Source: Mustelus asterias (Eukaryota). Taken from it: a DNA stretch of 60,000 bases. The stretch spans positions 124,001 to 184,000 of the forward strand of contig NW_027590758.1 of NCBI RefSeq assembly GCF_964213995.1, written 5' to 3'. A model generated the notes under the pieces. It had not been told where the DNA came from. It did no database searches and was given only the letters and a program-made list of their open reading frames with translations. The translations under genes were made by a program, and so were the position numbers. This document shows, piece by piece, positions 1 to 13,199 of the stretch. The first letter of the stretch is position 1. The number at the start of each line of letters is the position of its first letter.

Positions 1-720
1 ACTTAGTGCCTAGGGCATGGATGAGGCAGGGTTTGTAAGAAGCATCCAGGAGTGCTTCTTGAAACAGTATGTAGATAGTCCAACTCGGGAAGGGGCCGTA
101 CTGGACCTTGTATTGGGAAATGAGCCCGGCCAGGTAGGAATACAAGGAAAGTGGAATGAAACGTAAGCAAGGAGTAAGAAGGTCTAAAAGTGATCACGGA
201 AAATCATTGGCCAGCAGGATTAAGGAAAATCCCAAGGCTTTTTATACATATATAAAGAGCAAGAGGGTAGCAATGGAAAGGGTTGGCCCACTCAAGGACA
301 GGGGAGAGAATCTGTGCGTTTAGTGAGAGGAAATGGGCGAGGTATTAGATGAGTACTTTGTGTCAGTATTCACCATAGAGAAGGACTTGGTGGTTGATGA
401 GTCTGGGAAAGGGTGTGCAGATAGTGTGAGTCATTTTGTGATTAAAAAGGAGAAAGTATTAGGGTTCTTTAGAAGCACTCAGGTAGACTAGTCCCCAGGG
501 CCGGATGGGATTTATCCTTGGATATTGAGAGAGGCAAAGGAGAAAATTGCTGGGGCCTTGAGATAAATATTTGTATCCTCACTGGCTACCGAGGAGGTCC
601 CAGAGGATTGCAGAATAGCCAATGCTGTTCCTTTGTTTGAGAAGGGTTGCAAGAATAATCCAGGTAATTACAGGCCTGTGAGCCTTACATCAGTGATAGG
701 GAAATTATTGGAGAGCTTTT
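1..720 (+). mobile_element. CR1 LINE ORF2 fragment (endonuclease-to-RT region), degenerate
   Basis: Encodes QYVDSPTREGAVLDLVLGNEPGQ, ENPKAFY, SPGPDGIYP and NPGNYRPVSLTSV-like blocks matching the CR1 at 36.4-39.3 kb; stops and deletions present. Confidence 0.9.
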
Positions 721-2946
721 CGGAGCAGTAAAAACTCAGTTCGAAGTGAACATTTCTCAGGTAGAACTGCTTGGTTTTTCATGACTGCTGAGGAGGACAG
801 CCTTCAGCGCACTGGACCTGCGTTACAACACAGATAGCTCGCGGCACCGCTGCCTCGTGTGCTTGCTCCATCATCTTCCCTCTCATAGACCCGTCTGGAC
901 TGTGTGTGTGTCGGGGTTAAGTGAGTACTATCAGACAGGAACGGTAACAGAAGTGGGTTGCCGAGGATGTGGTTTTCTTCAGATGTGCACCAACGGATGG
1001 GCCCCAACGTTTACAGTTCAAAGTGCTTGGTGATATTCTGAACATTTCTCAGGTTGGAACTGTTAATTGGAAAATCTTCAGTTGGGATTCTTTACTTGTT
1101 TATATCTGCTAATTATATTTGTTATTAATTTTTTTTTGTTATTCCGTTTATCTTGTTGTTCCGAACCTTTTCTCATTATAAGGTTTATCTCAATAACATT
1201 TTTGGAGGCACCGCGCCAAACATACTCAAATCCTTTTCATGCAAGCCTGTACTGGCCTTTATGGGTAAACAGGAAATTTAGCCAGCTCAACATCAACTGC
1301 TAGGAATTCAGGATCCTGTAAATCGAACAGTCAAATAGTAGCCCCATATTGTGATCAGCATGAGGTTACAATAGGATAAACAATTATTGATTACAAAACG
1401 TGGAAAATGGAACAATCACTTATTCCTGAATCCCACAGACGCGCACATGAGAAAATATGATTTCCAGAAAATTGACATGCACTTAAATTATTAGAAATGC
1501 AGAGCAGAAAAGATCACGGGGGCTATTGTTCAGAAAAAAATCTAAGTGTCAAATTCACTGAAACACTGGAGCAAATCCTGCTGGTGTTTTCAGTGGGAGT
1601 TTCAAAATGAATCGCCCACAGTCTGTGCACTACAGAGAGCCCAAATGTGCTTCACGCTGAAATCAGTATTCCCGGCGGTGGGGCCTCCAGCATAACACTG
1701 AGTAAGTGTTCTGTCAGTCGATCTGTCAGTGCCGGTATTGGCCCATGTGAATAAGCCCACACTGCCGGCATCCCAGTCGCTGGTCAGCTCGATATTTAAA
1801 AATAGCAGTGCGGGTGCTGAAAATTTGGAATGAAAACAAAAAATGCAGGAAAAGCACAGGAGCTCTTGCAGCATCTGTGCAGAGTGAAACTGAGTTAACG
1901 TTCAAAATCCGTCTGACATGGTCCTTCTAGATGGAGATGGTCGTGGGTTTGGAAGGTGCTGTGAAAGGATCTTTGGTGAATTACTGCAATGCATCTTGAA
2001 GATAGTACACACGGCGGCTGCTGAGCTTTATCCTCTTTTAGCCATGCTGTTACTTGTCTGCTCTTGTTTTTTTGTAAATGTGGAGGCGCTGCGCTTACGG
2101 AACGTACTGAATGAACTGTATTGTCTTCCTCCTGTCCTTTTCCATGTTTATATATGGGGGAATCATCAAGCTGTCCTGGACCAGGTTTGAGGGTGAGCTG
2201 TATTATTCGTTAAAATGCCAAAACTTCAAAGAAAATGTATTTAAAGAATAACGTTCGAGGGGAGGTTCCTCGTGTTGCTGAATACATGTCCTACTGAGCG
2301 CGACTAACACAGACGTCCAGTGGACAGGTGCAGACGAAGTTACAAAGAAATGTGTCAGAGCAGTTAAAACATCCCCTCCAACATGGATACCACCGGAGAC
2401 AGCGGGAAGTAAATGTAAGAGCTTCCCACAACATTCTATTGCTTCTGAGCTTCTTTGAGCTGGCATCTTTTGACCATGTGGATGTGAATATCACAGACAG
2501 TTGGGAGGACGAAATTCATTTCAAACAGGGAATTGGACAAATCCTGAAGGGGAAGGATTTGCAGGAATCTGGGGAATGGACAGAGGAACGGGATTAGTTG
2601 CAGTCGTAAAACCAAGAATGAGAATATTAGCACGGAGATGATGATTTATTCAACGGATGGGCTGGGCTGAGGCAGAAGTGGGGATGTCTGATATTATTGA
2701 GGTGGCTGAGGACAGTATTTGGGATGGAGAGAATATGGGGTTGGAAATCCAGTCAGGGTCAAAGGGATATTTAGTTTGTGAGCAGCCTCTGATAGCAACC
2801 AGAGAGGGGCGTGGAGCCGCGGGATATGGAATGGAATGAGTGACTGGAGCTGAAGAGAATGAATTCATTCTTTTCAAAATGTAAATAACCAGAAAAATAA
2901 TGCAGTCCGACACAGTTAGAATAAGTAACTGGACAGAGAAACTTAC

Positions 2947-3121
2947 CAGGGACACCAACAATAGCCAGGACGGGATAATATCCCTCTTGAATACGTAACA
3001 GTACATCGTTGATCTGGTAATCCCATGGTCTCTGAACGTCAATGGACTCGACAATGTTCAAGAGGAAATCTCCATCGAATGTTGGAAAATTCCAATCTAT
3101 TGTTCTCAGATTCTGATCCAT
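2947..3121 (-). CDS. First coding exon of a GPR139/GPR142-like class A GPCR (N-terminus to start of TM1); exon 2 not seen in the window
   Basis: MDQNLRTIDWNF...RIQEGYYPVLAIVGVP followed by a phase-1 donor G|GTAAGT at 2946-2941; YYPVLAIVGVP resembles TM1 of the GPR139-like genes expanded in cartilaginous fish. Confidence 0.75.
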
Positions 3122-3579
3122 TGTTGTAACGTTCCAATCTATTCTCAGATTCTGATCTCTCCTCCCTCTATCACTCGAGCTGTGAGTGCCGCAGTTTATG
3201 CTCCCATTGAAAAGAATCCCTTATTAATCGAAGAGGGAAACCCTCCAGTGACAGAGTTGGGATCCATGGAGGCTGCCATTTATTACACTCACTAAACAAA
3301 CAAGTTCAGTTAACTCCTTTCAATCCAAAACATTTTGTATCACAACCAAGTCAAACATTTACTCGGTATGGGTTGGATGTAGAGGTTGACTGAGGACAGG
3401 AATATAGAACATACTGACCATAATATTTCAATCCTCCTTGGATATGGGAGTGGTGCCAGAGCACGGGAGAACTGTGAATGTTCCATGTTTAGAAAAGGAG
3501 AAAGAGATAAACCATTGAACCAACAGAGCAGTCCAGGTGAAATGAGCGGGGGGAAAATGGGGATTTCCAGTGTAAAGTG

Positions 3580-4240
3580 TTGTCCCTGACCGAATGTTGC
3601 AGACTGACACATTCCAGAGTCCAGGACTCCGTGCTGAGGGATGCACTAAAGCTTGAGGCGTCCACCCCAGATGTGCAAAGGGGTAAGGGTGCGGTGTAAG
3701 TCCTTTCAGCCATCGTGATTTGAGGATGGGGAAACGTAAAGAACCCCTCGGGCCATACGATTCACATAGAATGTACACGGTTCATGTTACATGTATCACA
3801 ATTAACTGAATCAATCAGAATGCAACTTGATTTTTGCAGACCACTCGAATATTCGTGCACTTTGTGTGATGGCCATTTTGTTCAGAATGTTCTTTCATAC
3901 ATTTTACAAAAAAAAGAATCTTTGCAAGAAAAACCATCGAGCAGAGTGAGTGAATCGAAGACACAGGAGCCAGCAACTCGGAAAATGGGTGAAAAGAGGA
4001 CCTGGATGCCGTCACCACCATTTAGAACAGAGTGTACTGAACTGGAATGCCTTTGTACCATTCGTAATGACCATTTTCTAATGTCTGCAATGTTTCTTTG
4101 AATGTATTGAAGCGCCTCAGATTGCAACATGATATATGCAGAGAAACTGTATATTACTGTACTTTGTGTGATGTCCACTTTGAAATGTTTGTAATGTTCT
4201 TCCAGATATTTAAAGTATATTTTTGCAAAAACAAAAAATA
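3580..4240 (+). mobile_element. Tx1/L1-like non-LTR element 3' end and UTR
   Basis: gtccaggactccgtgctgagggatgcactaaagcttgag resembles the C-terminus of shark Tx1-like ORF2; ends in an A-rich tail near 4227-4239. Confidence 0.5.
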
Positions 4241-4579
4241 GGATTTTGATCTGGCAGGTCAGGGTCCTCATTGACAATCCCAACAGGGACAGATCAGAAT
4301 GGTGTACTGCTGTCATTGCCTGGAAGCTCAGGCGTTTCGACATTGACATTACGACTCTAAGTGAATCCCGGTGGGCTGGGCAAGGCCAGCTTGAACAACA
4401 AGTAGGTGGTTAAACTTTCTCCTCGAAAGGTAAATCAGAAGAATATCGCTGGCTCTATGGGGTTGGCTTTGACACCAAAAATAAACGAGCCTGCCATCTC
4501 TGAGACTCGCTTGGCGGGATAAGTGAATTCCTCATGAACCTTCGGGTCAACGTAACCCAGAACCAGTGTGCTGGTTCCA

Positions 4580-5300
4580 ATGTGAAAGCATCGTTTCTTG
4601 TGCTGCACAGTCAACCATACCGTTCATAGTGTAAAGAGGGGAAAATGAAAAGGAGAGAGTGCAGAATATACAGTTACAGTCATAGCTCGGGTGAAGAGAA
4701 AGGTCAGCTTAATAAAAGATAGGACAATTCAAAACTCTGACGGCAGCAGGAAAGAACCTGTTTCTGAGTTGGTTGGTACGTATTTTCAGACTCTTTCACC
4801 TTTTTTCCCGATGGAAGAGAGTATATCCGTGGTACATGGGGAGCTTGATTATGCTGGCTGCTTTTCTGATGCAGCGGGAAGTGTGGACGGAACCAATCAT
4901 GGGAGGCTAGTTTGTGTAATGGAGTTGGCTACGTTCGCAACCTCTTGCAGCCTTGGTCAGGGCAGAAGCCATACCAAACTGCGATAAATACAGAAAGGTT
5001 GCTTTCTATGGTGCATCTGTAAACAATGGTGAGTGTCGCAGTGGACAACCTGAATGTTCTCAGCTCCCTGAGAAAGTGGAGGCCTAACTACACCGTCAGC
5101 ATGGAGTGACCAGGGCAGTTTGTTGGTGATTCTAACATTTGGAAAATTGATGTTCTCGACCATCTCCACTTCATCACCTTGATGAAGACAGGGACATGTT
5201 CTGCACGAGGTTTCCTGACGTTGACGACTAGCTCCTTCGATTTACTGACATTGAGGGAGAAATTATTGTCCTCGCCCCATTTCCCAAGGAAATTAAACAG
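4580..5300 (-). mobile_element. Rex1/Babar-type LINE 3' fragment
   Basis: Encodes NNFSLNVSKSKELVVNVRK; homologous to the better preserved copy at 28.0-28.8 kb. Confidence 0.7.
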
Positions 5301-5587
5301 CAACTCTACCCTGTTCCTGACAAAACCCCTAGAACACGGCCTTGTCACAGCCAACATCTTGTTCCATCAGAGATACATGGCGACACACTCGTTCCAACTG
5401 AAACCTGCCCAACTATGTCACTGTCTGAGCGAGCGACCGGAAGGACGTGCGTTATCATCCCTGCCATGGCAGGTGCCAAAGACTGCCAGACAAACCGCTG
5501 TCCAATCCGCTCTGTGATCAACATCAATGTCACCCCAAAGCAGCAACGGAAACAGAACCAATGCCGCAGAAAACACAAAGCTCAGGT

Positions 5588-5898
5588 GAGGCACAGTGGC
5601 ACAATAGTTAGCGCTACTGCCTCACATCGCCGTGGCCCCAGGTTCAATTCCCGGCCTGGGTCATTGTCTGTGCGGAGTCTGCACATTCTTCCCATGTCTG
5701 CGTGGCTTTCCTCCGGGTGGTCCGGTTTTCGCCCACAGCCCGAAAGACGTGCTGGTTAGGTGCATTGGCCAAGTTAAATTCTCGCTCAGTGTACTCGAAT
5801 TGGAGTTGAAGTGTGGCGACTGGGGAACTTTTACCGTAAATTCATTGCAGTGTTAATGTAAGCGTACTTGTGACATTAATAATTAAACTTAAAAAAAA
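5588..5898 (+). mobile_element. tRNA-derived V-SINE (HE1-related, alternative tail)
   Basis: tRNA-like head plus V-domain tctgtgcggagtctgcacattcttcccatgtctgcgtgg; A-rich tail. Confidence 0.85.
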
Positions 5899-6082
5899 CT
5901 TTGCTGAGAGAGCCCTATTTAGCCAACACCCCACTGACAACCCGATGAATCCTGGTGACCCAGAGATGCAGAGTGTCCACAGCGCCTGTTCCGCCCTCAA
6001 GACCTCCAAAGAGACGCTTGGTCACTTGGCCAGGAAACACCAAGACTGCTGAATGAACGATCGGAGATCCAGCAGCTGGTAA

Positions 6083-6405
6083 GGGCGCAGAGTGGCACAA
6101 GGATCCAGGTTCGAGGACGGCCTTGGGTGACTGTCTGTGTGGAGTTTGCACAGTCTCGCCATGTCTGTGTGTGTTTCCTCCGGGTGCTGTGGTTTCGTTC
6201 CAAAATACAAAGATGTGCAGGTTAAGTGGATTGGCCATGCTGAATTGCCATCCGTGTCCCAAGCTCTCTAGGTTAGGTCGAATGGCCATGGAAACTGAGT
6301 GGGGTTACTGAAAATGGCGGGGTTGAAGTGGGCCTGTTTAAGGTGCTGAGTCAGTACAGACTCATTAGGCTGAATGGCTTCCTTCTGCACTGTAGGGATT
6401 CTATG
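6083..6405 (+). mobile_element. HE1-type V-SINE
   Basis: V-domain core; CR1-like tail ending gggattctatgg. Confidence 0.85.
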
Positions 6406-8649
6406 GTTCTCAGCATTAAGGTCAAGGCGTTTCGGAACCTGCAGGAGCAGCATAACTCGAGAACAAAACGTAGCTCTGCAGCCTAACCTCCATAAAAAAA
6501 AGACTTGAAGAATCGATGCTGCGTGGAGAAAGAGCAGGAGATCCAGCAGTTAACTGGCAACTGTGATAGCCAGGGTTTCTTTACCGCAGTTGAGATCACC
6601 TGCAGCCGAAGAACCCAAGGTTCCACTCCATTGTTGGCCAAGAAGGGGGAGATGTTCATCAAGAAAATGGAAGCAGTCAGCACCCGTTGGAAGGGCCTCC
6701 TTAACACAGATTCTATCTTCAACGTGCGTGTCCTTGACTCCATTCCACAACATGCTATCCATGACCATCTCAGCACAAACATAACCGGAACAAGGTAGAA
6801 AAGGCCATTCAACAGCTAAAGAACAACAAGCCATCTTGAACAGATGAAGTCCCTGTTAAAGAATTAGAACATAGCGGAAAAGCACTATTGTTGTAAATAC
6901 ACGACCTGACTTCCATTCCCCGGAAGGAAGAAAACGTGCCAGGAGATCTCAAGTACACCACAATCATGACCATCTTCAAGAAAGGTGACAAGTCTGACTT
7001 CTGTAACTACAGAGGAATTTCCCTGCTATTAGCCACAGGGAAGATCATCATAAGAATCTTCCTTAATCGTCTTCTCCCTGTGGCTGCAGCGCTCCTCCCA
7101 GAGACCTGACGTGGATTCCGTCCACTCAGGTGTACAATGGATATGATCTTCACTGTGCGACATCTGCAGATGACAGCGTCAACCTTTGTATGTGGCTTTC
7201 TGTAACCCCACAAAGCCCTTTCACACTTTTAATCGCCAGGGATTATGGAAAATTATCCTCCACCTTGACTCCTCCAAAGGTTTTTCCCCAACATCCATCT
7301 ACTCCACGATGACATGGATGCTGCGATCCTGATCAACGGAACCACCACAGACCCAATTCATGTTCAGATGGGTTCAAAAAAGGCTGCTTCATCACACTAA
7401 CGCTCTTCTTATTCTTGCTGCAATGCTCCATCTGACTCTCAGCCAGATCCCTGCTGGAATTGAGTTGAACAACAGAACAACTGTGTCTGCTGTTCGTTTT
7501 TCCAGTTTACTACTGTCAGGAAAACAGCGGTAATGATCAATATTTGCATTGTTCAATAGTAGAAGTAAGGAATAGTTTTAAGTGGTTTTAATTTAGTGTT
7601 TCTGTGTAAGAGGAAAAAACCTCTAACTGGATTCATGATGGACAAGGGTATTTGTATCTGTGGGATTTTTGGTCAGTTCAAACTGTGTTTCTCCTGTGCT
7701 TCGAGAGGGTAAAACATAACAAGTAAACAAGCTGGGAGAAGTAAAAGTCGTTGCTGACAAACCAGGTGCACCTTTCGGGTGTCATTTTTAGATAACTTAA
7801 CAACACTTGCTTTTGGAAAGCTAGAGAGCGAACAGCTCTCTCAGTTTTGCTGGATAAAAAGCCATACAATGGAGTAATTGTTAATGAATGATGGAAAGCG
7901 TCAGTTTTTCTGAGATTGAAAATACTCATGTGACAATCATCTGGAGGGAGTTTGAGGAGAAAACCACTAAAGATTGGTTGATTGGCATAGGCCATTTAAT
8001 TTCAGAGTAGGGTGTTACCTTTGAAAACAGTACGCATTTGTGAAGCTGAGAGGGGAGTAAAAGAGTATTGTACTATAATCAAACGTTTAATGTTTAAGAA
8101 ATGCTTTTTCTGTTAAAAAATTATTAGCAGTCCAATGACTCTGTTCCTCATGTTATCTAAGAAAAAAGAAAAACGTAAAGTCCTGTAAGCTTCCAACCAG
8201 TAGTAGTAACATAAGATGGGGTTGTGACACTTCTGAACACTTTATATTCAGCTGTTATAATCCGGGCCAGAAGCGCCAAGGTGTTTTATGAAGTCAGCCC
8301 AGAGCAGAAGTTTTGCACCTTGAATTTGGCACGGATAAGCATAAAATATTTCGCTCGAGGTAGGATCCAAATGTCCCTCAAGGGACCTTTTACCAAACAA
8401 AGTTTACTTAAGTACACAGTTAACAGATAATACAGAAATCAGCATAACTTTTACCAATTACAAAAAAAAAAACAACCATGATCTTGGATAAGCCTCAACA
8501 GCTAAATATACTATCCCAAACTAAACAGCACCCACAACCATATATCCTGTTCAAGGCTGAGCAAATTAAGCAAGTATGCTCACACGATGCAGCATTTTGC
8601 AGTTTCGTAACACCTGCTGCGAATTAGTCCTGTGGAAATGGAATTGAGA

Positions 8650-9590
8650 GAGAATCACAGAATCACAGAACACTGCAGTGCAGGAGAGGGCCTTTGGCCC
8701 ATCGAGTCTGCAATGACGGAAGAAATGCCCTGATCTGCCCACCTAATCCCACTTGCCAGCACTTGGCCCATAGCCTTGAATGTTCTGGCTTGCCAAGTAC
8801 TCATCCAGGTAATTTTTAAAGAATGTGAGTCATCCCGCCTCTACCCCCACCCCTCTGCCCTCCGCCCAGGCAATGCATTCCAGACTGTCACCACCCTCTG
8901 AGTAAATAACGTTTTCCTCAAATCTCCCCTAATCCTCCCACCCCTCACTTTTATCCGATGTCCACTCGTCACTGACCTTTCAACTAAGGGGAACAGCTAC
9001 TCTCCATCCACATTGTTCACGCCCCTCATAATTTCCAACGCCTCAATCAGGTCGCCCCTCAGACTTCTCTGCTCCAACAAAAGCAACTCAAGCCTATACA
9101 GCCTCTCTTTATAACGTACATGTTCCATCCCAGGCGGCATCCTGGCAAATAACCTCTGCACTGCCTCCAGTGCTTTCACATCATTCCTACAATGTGGCGA
9201 CTAGAGCTGCACACAGTACTCCAGCTGTGGGTTCACCAAAGTTCTATGCAACTCCATCATGACCTCTCTGCTTTTGTAATCTAGACCCCGATTGATAAAG
9301 GCGAGTGTGCCATGTGCCTTTTTCACCACCCAATTAACCTGCATTTCCGCCTTAAGTGATCTATGGACGAACACGCCAAGGTCCCTTTGTTCTTCGGAAC
9401 TTCCCAGTGTCGGGCTTTTCATAGCATATTTCCTTGTCAAATTACTCCTTCCAAAGCGCATCACCTCTCATTTTTCAGGGTTTAATTCCATCTGCTACTT
9501 ATCCACCCATTTGGCCATCTCGTCTATATCTTCATGTAACCTAAGACACTCAACCTCATTGTTAACCACCTGGCCAATCTTTGTGTCATC
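8650..9590 (-). mobile_element. CR1 LINE 3' fragment
   Basis: ORFs 9201-9464 and 8997-9179 give the CR1 RT C-terminus (RDLGVFVH, LEYCVQ, LRGDLIE); (ttctgtga)n tail. Confidence 0.9.
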
Positions 9591-9749
9591 GGGAAACCCG
9601 GAGGTTTTCTGACCCTGGAACATTTAGCACAATTCGAGGCAGAAACATTAGTTGCTCTAGCTTTCAGCTAACCAGCCACCCACAGCAGAATTTCCAACAC
9701 CAGGAACAGAGACAAAAAAACATTGTTTTCAGCCTGCAGTCCAAACAGC

Positions 9750-10312
9750 TTCTCTGTATTTCTCTCTCTATCTCTTTCTCTCTGTCACTTTATCTCTGTC
9801 TCTGAATCTGCATGTCTCCCTCTGAGTTTCTCTCTCTCTGTCTCTCTCTCTGTATCTGTGTGTCGCTCTCTGTATTTCTCTGTGTGTGTCTCTCTCTCAG
9901 TATTTCTCTCTTTGTATCTCCCTGTATTTCTCTCTGCCTTTCTCTCTCTGTATTTCTCTGTCCTTGTCTGTCTCTGTATCTGTGTGTGTCTGTCTGTATC
10001 TGTGCGTCTCTTTGTATATGTGTGTCTCTCTCTCTCGGTATCTGTGTGTCTCTCTGTATCTGGCTGTCTCTCTGTATTTCTCTCTGTCTCGCTCTATATT
10101 TTTCTCTGTCTGTCTGTCTCTCTGTATTTCTCTCTGTCTATTTCTCTGCAATTTTTCTCTCCTTGTCTCTCTCTGCATCTGTGTGTGTCTCTCTCTGCGT
10201 CTGTCTGTCTCTCTCTCTGGATCTGTGTGTCTCTCTCTGCATCTGTTGTCTTTCTCTGTATCTGTGTGTCTGTCTCTGTATCTGTGTGTCTCTCTGCATC
10301 TGCGTGTCTCTT
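9750..10312. repeat. CT/GT-rich low-complexity microsatellite tract
   Basis: Continuous tctctgtgtgtatc-type repeats; accounts for the overlapping S/L/C/V-rich and R/E-rich ORFs. Confidence 0.95.
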
Positions 10313-10449
10313 TGGACTGTGTGTCCAAAGCCCATCGACACCGCTCTATTTTCCCTATTACACGGTTCCCCCCTTTTCCCAGACAGGGATTTTTCGCCAA
10401 TCCTGCCTGGGATGTGTTTGAACTCAAGACTCTTCAATGAAAGAGTCAC

Positions 10450-10466
10450 TGCGCCATCTAGCGGCC
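10450..10466 (-). promoter_or_regulatory. Candidate CTCF site
   Basis: tgcgccatctagcggcc; its reverse complement ggCCGCTAGATGGCGCa closely matches the CTCF core CCASYAGRKGGCRS. Confidence 0.55.
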
Positions 10467-11202
10467 TATCTGTCTAACGACAGCTTTACCGCTGCCTTTT
10501 TCTGGTGAACTCCAGAGACAGAATGATTGAACAGCCAGAAGAACCTCGGTGATTTCACCCATAAACTGTTCTGTCACTGTCGAGTGACGGGTAGTTCTCA
10601 ACATCAAAGGCCGATACAGCACAGTATATGGGAGAAGAAAGTTTATTTTGCACTGTCCCAAACTAACACTGCAAAGATCGCTGCAGCACAGGTTATCAGA
10701 GCAATTTTCTCTCCCCATTGCCCGATTAAATAGTTCGAAGCCAGGTTTGCAACCGGCCAGATAAAAAACTCGGTTAGAACAGTTGGGTATTAACCATGAG
10801 AGACTGGGATGTTTTCCGCAAAAACATGCAGCTGGGACACATTTCCAATGATTGTCAGCAATTGGGGCCTATGAGGTATACTAGGGGAAAACACGCAGAA
10901 ATTCGGAGATCTTGGGGTCAATCTGAAACAACAGATAAACGGAGATTATTGGAAATGGTCCCAGAGAATGCGGTTTAATCTGACAGAGAGACTCCCGCTT
11001 CTCACTTTCTCTCAAACACATAAATAGATGTTTTGCCCACATGTTCCGTTAGAAACGCACACGCTCCCTTTTCTGGTGAAAGCAAAGCGACTCTCTGCTT
11101 CAAACTGCCCGCTTTGCACGAATTAACACTACTCCACTGACTTCATTTCGATGATGCATTATCCCCAATAGACGCCATTCCCTCTGATTCCATCCCCGGA
11201 AA

Positions 11203-11680
11203 TCATAGGGTCATAGAGGTTCACAGCATGGAAACAGGCCCTTCGGCCCATCTTGTCCATGCCTCCCTTTTTTTTTAAACCCCTAATCTAATCCCAATTG
11301 CCCTCATTTGACCCATATCCCTCTATACCCATCTTACCCATGTAACTATCTAAATGCTTTTTAAAATATAACATTGTAGCCGCCTCTACTACTACCTCTG
11401 GCAGCTTGTTCCAGACACTCACCACCCTCTGTCTGAAAAAAATGCCCCTCCGGACACTGTTATATCTCTCCCCTCTCACCTTAAACCTATGCCCTCTACT
11501 TTTAGACTCCCCTACGTTTGGGAAAAGATACTGACGATCTACCTTGTCTTTGCCCCTCATTATTTTATAGACCTCTATAAGGTCACCCCTCAGCCTCCTA
11601 CGCTCCAGAGAAAAAAGTCCCAGTCTATTCAGCCTCTCCTTATAACTCAATTCATCAAGTCCCGGTAGCATCCTAGTAAA
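11203..11680 (-). mobile_element. CR1 LINE 3' fragment inserted in a minisatellite
   Basis: ORF 11288-11689 (FTRMLPGL...LRGDLIEVYKIM...); (ctctatga)-type tail. Confidence 0.9.
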
Positions 11681-11682
11681 AA

Positions 11683-12045
11683 TAATCACTGAACATCACC
11701 CCAGGGATCCTCTCTCCCGGCTCCATTCCCTCTGATGCCAAGCCCCGAAATCACTGAACACCACCCCAGGGATCCTCTCTCTGCTGCATTCCCTCTGATA
11801 CCCTCTGATACGATCTGATACCATCCCCCGGATCTCCCTGAATATCACCTGTTCCATTCCCTCTGACTCCATCCCCCTGAACTCACTGAGCATCACCCGA
11901 GGGATCCTCTCTCCCTGCTCCACTCCCTCTGACTCCATCCCCCTGAACTCACTGAACATCACCCGAGGGATTCTCTCTGCCTGCTTCATTTCCTTTGCTG
12001 CCATAACCCTGAACCCACTACATATCACCCCAGGGATCTACCAGT
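11683..12045. repeat. ~60-bp minisatellite (tcactgaacatcaccccagggatcctctctcc...ccattccctctga), about 6 copies; a partial unit also at ~11170-11203
   Basis: Direct tandem repeats visible in the sequence. Confidence 0.9.
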
Positions 12046-12844
12046 GCCATTCCAAACTTTCATGCCCTGACCTTTCTGTCCACCTCCGTCTCATCATGTT
12101 CTTCTACAGGCTGTGCATGATATTAACATTTCCTGAGGATTCTGGTCTAGTTCTTTGTATGTTCCAACATTCCTGAAGCTGAGAAGTTTTCATTCTAAAG
12201 TTCTGGATTTCAGCTCCGAGATTTGATTTGCTTACGTGTCATATCAACTTCAGGTAGAGAAGAATGAACGGCTTGCATGCGAGTTCAGAAGCACTTCTCT
12301 GAATGTGTACAGTTGAAAATTAAGTTCCTTTCTGCTCGAATCTCTAATACTCACCATGTGCACCGCCCCACGCAGTCAAGGGCCGACCCTTCCTCACTCT
12401 CTTCCTTTTACCTTCAGTCGGTATGATTCCCCATCTCGATGTACTTTCCCCAGGATCGGGAGGTCTCACGTTGGTCAGGGCGACCGTTTGTTACTCACGC
12501 ATGCGGTACTGAATCTGAGAATGAGTGATTGGATAATGTAGAGGGAGATTTGTACTGCATCACACCTATGCCATACCTGTCCTATAATGTGACACCAGAT
12601 TGTAGAGGGAGGTTTTAATTCTATCTGTGCTTAACCTATTGGACGTAATGACATGCTTTGCTGATAACCAAGATATATACACACACACACATGCGCATGC
12701 GCGCACACACGCATACATTTTTGTTGTTATGAGTCTTTGCTGGTTAGGGCGATGACAAGATTCTATTCACAACAAATTATTAATACAACCTTACGAAAGA
12801 TGGAATTATCAATAGGAATAAAATTTAACAATTTGGTTAAAGTA

Positions 12845-12932
12845 CCCCAAGTGGTCTCGGAGTATGATTCCTGATGTTGGTATTTGAGATCAAATGTGCA
12901 TGAAATGCTGAGTTCAAATCCTGGACGAGCTC
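12845..12932 (+). pseudogene. Degenerate tRNA-Pro(TGG)-like pseudogene with an intron-sized insert
   Basis: tggtctcggagtatgattc...ttgg [~16 nt extra]...gttcaaatcctggacgagctc aligns to vertebrate tRNA-Pro. Confidence 0.6.
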
Positions 12933-13199
12933 TGTGATGTTGTTTCCTATTGCCCAATTCGCAGGTTCTGTTCATTTCTTCCCGCTACAGACGGGGGGAT
13001 TGGTTCACATGGGGCTTGGTTTGAGAATCTGAGTACAAACTGCAGGGAATCGATCATCACAACACGCTCACTCGAAAAACAGCTTTCAAAAGGGTTGACT
13101 TGGAAGGGGACATTCATTTTATCATCATTCACCTGTTCAAGAGACCCCACAATTGCCCGTTCAGGCAGTTGAGGCAGTTGGCTGGATGTTTCTGTTTAT

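Larger units (their letters stand above)
4245..7480 (+). mobile_element. Degenerate RTE/BovB-like LINE interrupted by a Rex1 fragment and two SINEs
   Basis: RTE endonuclease-like DNPN.DR...RFDIDI..LSE..WAGQGQL at ~4270-4400; RT-proximal FKKGDKSDFCNYRGISLL at ~6975-7030. Confidence 0.75.

Noticed and set aside
748-1062. ~22-bp direct repeat gaacatttctcaggt(a/tg)gaactg about 290 bp apart
   Set aside because: Only two copies and no recognisable element between them.
7480-8640. Possible solo LTRs (segment ending ...gtaaca; segment starting tgttataa)
   Set aside because: No paired LTR, PBS or TSD could be verified by eye.
9723-10477. Five overlapping 103-232 aa ORFs
   Set aside because: Translations of a CT/GT microsatellite; no protein signal.
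10665-10718. Leader-like KIALITCAAAIFA on the - strand
   Set aside because: Out of frame with the ATG and no V exon follows.
11683-12045. CRISPR-like periodic repeat
   Set aside because: No unique spacers and a eukaryotic context; ordinary minisatellite.
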